Source of the DNA: Octopus vulgaris
Lineage: Eukaryota
Reading direction: 5' to 3'
Length of the DNA: 64,000 bases
Assembly: GCA_951406725.2 (NCBI GenBank)
Contig: OX597818.1
Location: forward strand, 72,912,001 to 72,976,000
The position numbers and the translations under genes were made by a program. Under the pieces are notes generated by a model, which was not told the DNA's origin, did not search any database, and saw only the letters and a program-made list of their open reading frames with translations. This document shows positions 55,707 to 64,000 of the stretch, in pieces (the first letter of the stretch is position 1; the number at the start of each line of letters is the position of its first letter).

Positions 55707-56574
55707 TTTATGTACAAACATACCGATAGGTACATGCATATTACATGTATTGAGAAGGGAGTATTATTCTTTTTATATAATTATAATAATACACAAACAT
55801 ATATTTATATATTGATATAAACATGCGATATGTTTTCTATTGCGGGTTTTAGACAAAAGAATATTGGTTGACACAGAATATTGGTTGACACAGAGTACTA
55901 TAATCCATATAAATATACATTCTTTGGTGACAAAAGTATGTTGAGAATATAAAAAAGTTTAACAAGCTCATTGAAATAACGGGCAGAAAAGATTAAAACA
56001 AATATATTATACATCTCAAGGTAATTTCCAGGAGGAATTATCAAAAAAGTTCAGTATACACATACAGAATATTATGAGTTCAAAAAAGATTTACATTATA
56101 ATAGTGGTGGAGCTAAAACTGACCTGTCCGTTTTAGGAGGAGAAAAATGTGGAACTCTGTGCATGTTTGAATATACAGATACAATACCAATATCAATTCC
56201 TTCTTGAAACTATCTTAAGTATGTCCTTGAGAACGATTATTTATGTAGTAATATTTTGTGCCAATATTTTAAGGAACTTGTTGAACTTTTTTATGTCCTT
56301 AACATGTCCCTGTTACCAAAGACTGTATATATGTAATGTAGCAATTTGCAACAACCAATAATTAACGCAACCAAACTTCTACATATTACTTTTGACAATC
56401 TTTTTCCAAAGAGTGAAACCGATATTTGACTACGGGCTTGTTGGAGCACTGCCTTTAGTCGAACAATTCAACCCCAGGAATTATTCTTTGTCACTGCCTA
56501 GAATCGAACTGGGAATGACAATAACATCGAAAAATACCTTAGGAATGAGAACCCAGGTTCGAAATTTCCTGAAG

Positions 56575-56618
56575 ACACCTGCTGAAAGCTGGAGGGTATA
56601 TCAAACGAAACGTTGTGT
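56575..56618 (+). ncRNA. Minimal hammerhead-like motif (A6C core)
   Basis: acac-CTGCTGA-aagctgg..tcaaac-GAA-ACGT-T-gtgt. Confidence 0.6.
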
Positions 56619-56670
56619 TAACAACAAAGATGAGGACAAATATCCCCAAAATGTAAATAATATATTTCAA

Positions 56671-56741
56671 TTACCTGAAGATTGACTGTAACCATAACTC
56701 GAATTATTACGAATTGGACAGCCATGAAACGATCGTAGTGT
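56671..56741 (+). ncRNA. Type I hammerhead motif with canonical core
   Basis: tac-CTGAAGA-ttgactgt...acagccat-GAA-ACGATCGT-A-gtg. Confidence 0.7.
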
Positions 56742-57993
56742 TTTACTCTTTATCTTTTATTAAACTTTTAATACTTTTGATATATATTTAAAATAATATT
56801 AATTAATTAATTTTATGTATTGGCTTAAGTTTTTCATTGTTTGATTTGTCTAATAGTGGTTTTATCTCTAATTTAATATAATATATATATATATATATAC
56901 ATATATATGTATATATCTATATGTCACTCTATATATTCATAGGTATGCATTTATATGTCGTCTGTATGTATACATACACACACAGATATATATAAATATA
57001 TGTATGCATGTATGTATGTCTGAATGTATGTATGTATGTGTGTGTTTGTGTGTATGTTGAATATTTGCGCGATAATGTTTTCATCTGATCAGTTTGTCAT
57101 GTTAAGGCCTTGTTTCTTATTGGATATGAGTTCTTTTTATAATATTAACATTTTTATTTTACTCATATATCAATACGTGTTTTATTTGATTGTTTTATAA
57201 ATATTAATGTTTTAATATCAAATTAACAACTGTGGATTTTTGAATGATATCATAATTTTCCTCTGCTTGCATATGTCTGATTTCCAATTGAATTATGTTT
57301 CAATTAATTACCTAAAACAATATTAGTTAATTACAAGATTGCAAGCCTCTTTACGCCTATGTATAATATTGTGTAAATAATATGAAATACCCATTGTATT
57401 CATATGATTGGATGTTTGTATTAGATTTCCACTACAGTTAATTTTGCTGACATTGAAGTTCATGTATTAATATTCTACTCCGCGTTATTCCTGCAGCAGT
57501 TTCATAACTGAAAGCCGCAAGCTATACTTCGTCGCTTGTTGAACGATAAAGATAACGTCAGTTCTCTTAAATTATTAATTACATCCATATTTAGAAAGAA
57601 ATTTTCACTTGTTGCATATGGTAACGTAAGCTATCGAATATGTATAAGCTGATTCGATTGTAACATTTACCAACTTAAATTTTATTTTGTAAAGTTAATG
57701 ATACACTGACAGTGATAAATATGCTTTTTTTACTGTATGTAATAAATATCCACATTAAAATAAGTATAAACACGGGACACTTTTCTTTTAGTCATTGACT
57801 ATGGCTATGCATGAGCACCATCTTGAAGGATTTGATCTACCAAGTCGACCCCAGTACTTATTGTATTGGTGCCTTTTTTTCGAACCGCTAAGATACAAGT
57901 GACGTAAAGAAACACCGGTTATAAAGTGGCGATGAGGGGATAAAACAAACACAAAAACACATGCACACACGAGCGTGCACAGACACACACAAG

Positions 57994-58047
<54 letters not shown>

Positions 58048-59479
58048 GCTAACTTCCATACAGTTCCTCTCTGGAGGCATTTGATGATTTGGGCCCGAGC
58101 TATAGTAGAAAACATTATATGGTTGGAAAGCGGTCCTCTGAACTGCATATCGTTGCCATGTTATTTTTAAATGAATTGAATTAAAAGAAAATTAAATTTA
58201 AAATAAATTACATTCATTTGAACAATAAACAGGATGAAGAATTGGACGTTGTCAGCGCTGCTAAATTTTTTTTCGATCTCACATGTATTTGTTAATTTAG
58301 GGTTTGATAAATGTGGCGTATCCATATATTGCGTTAGGGATTTATCGAGGGGAAGCTAAGTGAAATGGCCACTAGTCGCTCCGGAAGCTATGTTAAACTC
58401 TTCGCATTTTCGGTTGGTTTATCCTCTACTATATAGGGAATGTTCAATACTATCAAGACATATGAGACCAACGCGAATTCCTCAATTATATCAACTAATT
58501 CTCCATAAAATTACAAACTGCACCCTTAAGGAAGAAATAGTGTCTTACATAATGCATTTCCGCCCACATCATACAAAATGGGTCCGGCTAGTTGGGAATC
58601 GAATGTTTTTATCAGATAGACTGATAAGCAATAACAACTATAACTGCAACAACTAGCAAAAACTATAACTACTACAGAAGCAAGTAATAGAAAATAAATA
58701 TTAAGGAATGAATTAATGCAATTCAAATATACGAAATGGAATCAACATAACCAGCTCAATAGTCATTAATGTACAAACATACAGATGTGAGAGGTTCGGA
58801 AAAGAGGCTAAAACTCTCTCCAAATATCATTACCCCAAGCGCCTAAAATAACACCCCTAAAAATAACGCTTAAGAAAAAGGAAAACAACAAACAGGGGAA
58901 ACAACAAAAGCGAGAAGTAAAAGTAAAAGTTTTTTTAAATGGATTAAAATACAAAGAAAGTTAACTGGAAGCAGTAAACAAAATGCGGACCACTTGTAGA
59001 TTTCACATAAAGGATGACTCCTGGTATGGAGAAATGGGAACAAATTGCCGATATATTCATTATAAATTCGGATCGAATGTGACTCAAATAGGTAACTATT
59101 CCACACATAATTATCACGGTACAGAGAAAGCCCACAATAAAACCCCAGCAGTAAGAAGAGACAAAATGCACCACGTACACTCATTGAAAATGATATGCAG
59201 ATGCTGTGTGAACTGCAGTGAACGAATCAGGAAATATTTTAGCTGTGGCACAAAAGATAGTACATCAGCTGCCATGGCTACAAAAATAACTAAACCAAAT
59301 TCATGCTCGCACACAAGATTACCGTATATTATAGGCCTAGAAGGTTATCGTTACCACAAACCCAATCCCAAACATCTCGCAAATACTACAATTAATATGT
59401 GTGAGATATTTCTAGCCGTGATGAAACCATGCCTATATCACTTAGCAAAATACATCTGTCGGAAGATATAAACAATGCG

Positions 59480-61352
59480 TAGATACACGTATCCAAGTGT
59501 GATCTGTTTTGCACAGACAGAAAAGAAACTGTACAAACGAGAAGATGCTACACTCTTAACTATTTTGTTGCATTCAGACTCAGTTTATGAAGCAAGTATA
59601 ATGTATGTAAAGCAATTCAATGTAATAAAATGTATGCTGCGTCCGTGTGACACCTTAAATCGCGTTACAAAATTTGAGGAAAGCTTTAGAATTATAAAAA
59701 AAGGATCAATGAAACTAAATAAAAACATCAGTGTTCTTCTGATGAGTAACTTCAACTACTCCAACATTAGTTGGTCATAATATCAGGAATGACAAGCAAA
59801 GAAGAGCAAATTTCCTGCTTGATCATAAGAAAAGGATATTTATGGAAAACTGTTCGATACCGAATCAAGGACCAGAATCTGGTCCACTGCTTCACAAATA
59901 AAATGGAACTTAGCCAAAATATGAATGTGTTGCCATCAATTTTCTCATACAACAATATAATAGAATCAGCAATTTATGGACCCACACTACTCCATCCAAA
60001 CGCTATCGAGCCTGAATTTCAACAAGCCTGTCCAGAAATCGATTCGAAAAGAGATCATCGAGTAAAATCGGTCCCAAAGTCTCTCTTGCAAATAAGCAAG
60101 CTTGATGAGTCCTTAAACATAGAAAATCCACTCTTGATTACATCAACATAAAAGATTTATCGGCAATTGACGTGATGAACTCGTACTCAGCGGCGGGTTT
60201 TCCAGTTCTTTTAAAGGCATGCGAGAAAGCTATCACCAAATCTCTGCAGATTTTTTTTTCTTGAGTCTCATCGTAGGTAGTAAACTTCCCAAAATATTAA
60301 AAGAAGGTATCATAATCCTGTCCACAAAGGAAAGAGTAGAGCAGGTGTTAAAATTTATAGGTCTGTCTCTCTTATCTCACATATCAATACAGCTATGAAA
60401 CGCATTGTCAGAAAGAAACTGATCACGTCGTTAGAAGGAAATGACCTGGTCCCTAATACGCAGCACGTCTTCGGCCAGGAAGGAACTGCCTCACATAGCT
60501 GCAACAGTATTATGATTGGTTTCGAAAACAACAACACAACCATTCAAATGTGGATATTATATCTCGTACCTTTACCGAAGCTTTCGAAAACATCTATTAC
60601 TGGATGATATGAGACAAACTACTTTACCATGGTATCCGTGGTTAACTAGGGGAATAGCTACACGACTTTCGAAAAGTGCAATTGCAGCCAATAGTAGTTT
60701 CTCTTAGGAGACATCAATATTCATCGGAGATCTCCAAGGAATTGCACTGGGATCACTAATAGTGGTGGGTGCTCTCTCATATTTATCTTCATTCATACAG
60801 TCAGCTACTCTTACCAGCCATGATCAAGGTACAAAAGTATCGATGGCAAGAAAACTCCAATCTACAAAAAGATGTGAACACATTATACACATGGGATGAA
60901 GATAACAATTTATTTCCCAATGCTGGCGAAGATTCAAGCACTGCAGTGTGGACACACGAACAGATTTCCATCAGAATATACAGAAGCGGAGAGTATTGCA
61001 GTATAAGAGGTGGTGTCAGCGCGTAATCTGACATTTCACACGAGTGGTGATGTGTCATTCTATGTGCAGATGATTAAGACGCCAATAATGTGGAGGCAAC
61101 TGGCTGGTTGAATTCTGAGACCATTCAGAACATATAAAAGGAAAACACGCTGCACCTATAGAGAATACTCGTACTGCCTTGCTAGAATTACTGCTCCCAG
61201 TTATGGCCACCATAAAGCGTCAGTTTAACAGCTAAGTTCTAGGAAATACGACACCTCCATAAGAAGTCGATTGCGAAAGATGAACTACAGGGAGAGGCTG
61301 AAAGATCTGAGAAACTATACGCGCTACAGCAGAGAAGCGAAAGATATGCATT
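59480..61352 (+). mobile_element. Decayed CR1-clade LINE ORF2 (APE + RT)
   Basis: Fragments: VLLMSNFNYSNISW (GDFN), LKEGII, MKRIVRKKLITSLEGNDLVPNTQH, GDLQGIALGSL (GVPQGxVLGP), [35 protein letters not shown]; may extend upstream to ~58330. Confidence 0.85.
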
Positions 61353-61354
61353 GA

Positions 61355-61366
61355 TCTCTCTATCTC

Positions 61367-61446
<80 letters not shown>

Positions 61447-61467
61447 CCTACCTACCTATCTACCTAC

Positions 61468-61506
<39 letters not shown>

Positions 61507-61640
61507 CCTATCTACCTACCTACCAACCTACGTACCTACCTACGTACCTAATTACGTACGTACGTACGTACGTACCTACCTACCTACCTACCTACCTATC
61601 TACCTCTCTCTCTCTCTCTATCTATTTTTCTATCTATCTA
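61355..61640. repeat. (ATCT)n grading into (ACCT)n and (ACGT)n
   Basis: Direct reading of the sequence. Confidence 0.95.
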
Positions 61641-62232
61641 TACGTATGTATATCTAGCTACCTATATCAAAGTATATGTATCTCTCTCTTTTTTTATTTC
61701 TCGCTCTTTGTCTCTTTCGTTCTGTATAAATTACACTTTCAATTGTAAGAATTTTTCAAATTGATGCTAAAAGCTTTAAACATTCTTTAGTGTTAGATTA
61801 CAATATTTAATTTTGTATTGATAGGAAGGAAATATGGTTCCTTCCTTCTCAATCATTCCATCAATTCTGCAGTAGTTGTCTTTTTTGGACGGTAAGCACC
61901 ATCGAAAAGAATCCTCAGATTTACTTCTGCAGAATGGTAAGTATTGATTTCTTTTTACCATCCTCTGCCACAGTCAATTTATACTATGTCTCAAAGACTG
62001 TACGTGTCAAGTATTTTCATTTGAAAACGTAATGTTTTAATGATGCATAAGATTACATGCAGTTATTGATTACACAAAGGCCATAGACCTATTCATGCAC
62101 ACACACATAGACATACATACGCATGTATGCAAGAAGGCTATAAAGGCACACATATCTGTATGTGTACATGTATGCATACACATTCACGTATGTCTGAAAA
62201 CATATACGTATATCCAACTTATATTTATATAC

Positions 62233-62280
<48 letters not shown>

Positions 62281-62313
62281 CTTTATTTAAAGCAGCAGAA
62301 AATTCAACAAAAT

Positions 62314-62351
62314 CTGTTACTCTGAGTTTCTCGTTGCCGTTCATCAGACAG
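62314..62351 (-). ncRNA. Minimal type I hammerhead (family H1), canonical core
   Basis: ctgt-CTGATGA-acg-gcaa-cga-GAA-ACTCAGAGT-A-acag; element spans 62281-62356. Confidence 0.82.
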
Positions 62352-63409
62352 TTTTTACACATACATATATATATATATATATACATATACATACACACGC
62401 ACACACACATGCATACACACATATACACACACATAGAAGCATATACTCGTATATAAAGCAGAAACTCTTCACAGATATATGACTGTTACGTGTGTGAACG
62501 CAAATGTGTGCGTGCGTGTCTGTGTGAGTGTATTTAGTGTGTGAGTATGTGTGTGCTGTGTGTGTGTGCGTGCGTGTGTATGTGTGTGTGTGTGTGTGTG
62601 TGTGTTCACAGCTGATATTTATATAACTTACCATGTATGTTGAATATATGCTTATCATTCAATATGATACTTGTGTTGTCAACTAACTATAAATTATGGT
62701 TCCTTCGCACCAGTAGATATCTTTAGCGACAACAGGTAAAAGCCATCATCAATAACGTCAAAGTAGATTTTTTCAAAAGGTTTATTTTATTATTTCTGTT
62801 TTATAATTTTATTTTTATGTTAAGATAAAATATCTTTCTTATATATTGGTCGTTTTAAAATGGTTTAAATATCTGGCCTGCTTTTCATTAAGAAACACAC
62901 AGAAAATATTTTAAGCAAAAAGAAAAATGAACATTGCAGACCAAAGGAAAATGTATTTATTTACTACAATCGCATCTAATGTTACAGTGGAAGCCAGTTG
63001 TAAAAATATTTCTATCAGAGATGACCTGCCTTCTATTCTTCTTTGCATGGCATATTTTCTTTAATTATGTAGCGTTCACAATGTTGTAAGTTGTGTTTTA
63101 TATGGTCTACAAAGAGACGTGAGCAGTGCTTTCAGTGCAGTGGTTCATAGTTGCGAACATTGCATTCGTATTTTCATCTAATCGCATTCCTTTTGTTTTT
63201 CGCTTGCTGCTACTGTTTAACTTATGTTAAGTGTTTAACAAGGGGAACAACAGAAAGCGCTAGTGTGCGATACAGTATATAGATTCTCTCTTATGAAGTA
63301 TCAATCCTTCCTTCCTTTCTTCTTTCCTCCATGCCTGAAGACTTACAGTAACTGAGTGCCCTTTGTGATCACGTTAACTGAGTGCCTTTTGTGATCACGT
63401 TAACTGAGA

Positions 63410-64000
63410 TGTGGTATCTCGGAGCTGTAGTTGAGTCCAGATACAGACTTTGCAGGTTTCGTGTTGTGAGTATACTCCGCCACACATTAGATATTACCGT
63501 CTCTTAGGTGAATCCAAATGTTTGGTGATTAAATTCTGAGAGAATGATCAAGGTGCAGTGATCAGTGCTGGGTTATTTTTCCCTGGAGTCTATTTGTAGA
63601 GCTTTCTACGTTTGAGAAAACGTACTGCTCCTCTTGAGTCTCCATTGCCTCTCGATCTGTCTGATAGCGATATCTCCTGCTATGAGCAACTTCGATTTGT
63701 AAAGCCGGTTACTGCAGGTATGGATATGCTGGAAGGTTTTATGCATAAATAAACATGACAGTGGTATAGGGACGCTGGGGCTCATGGTCTCTTGTCCGAC
63801 TGAACAGGTACAATTGAGGAATATTGCTGCTATCTCTTGTTAGGTAAGGGCCAATAAATTAATACCTCCTTATCACTCTTCATCTTAGTTTCTGAACAAG
63901 AAACCGCTCACTCGTCTCAGAACATTCCACTCAGCTCCAGAGTTTTTGTATCCATTGCACAGATTCTTCCGAGATAAGACATCCATTGTGCAGACTCTAC
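63410..64000 (-). mobile_element. Probable LINE endonuclease-region fragment
   Basis: Higher-complexity sequence; the minus frame gives HCTLIILSEFN (like lilGDFN) and KGGINLL; heavily decayed. Confidence 0.4.

Noticed and set aside
63349-63408. 26-bp tandem duplication containing the palindrome gtgatcac
   Set aside because: Only about 2.3 copies with no spacers; an ordinary local duplication.

Overview
This is repeat-dense, AT-rich eukaryotic non-coding DNA. The mix of very abundant (TA)n/(CA)n/(ATCT)n microsatellites, tRNA-headed SINEs and RTE/CR1/Penelope relics suggests an Octopus-like cephalopod genome (inference). No intact host gene is evident, and most ORFs in the track are microsatellite artefacts. 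Real coding relics are all from transposons: a 5'-truncated Penelope-like element (RT + GIY-YIG, inverted pseudo-LTRs, ~8125-9940), a Helitron with PIF1 helicase remnants (~29142-31544), two mariner relics, a pogo-type element, several RTE LINE fragments and a long decayed CR1-like LINE. There are also Tc1 and hAT MITEs and LTR-like pieces. The most notable signal is about 20 type I hammerhead-ribozyme-like motifs (roughly one per 3 kb) from many unrelated short element families. Most sit in microsatellites and often in inverted, palindromic or tandem layouts. They show palindromic stem III, large structured stem II inserts and recurrent core variants (U3-A8 covariation, U4C, an extra nucleotide after A9). 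All ribozyme calls were made by eye and none has been tested for activity.
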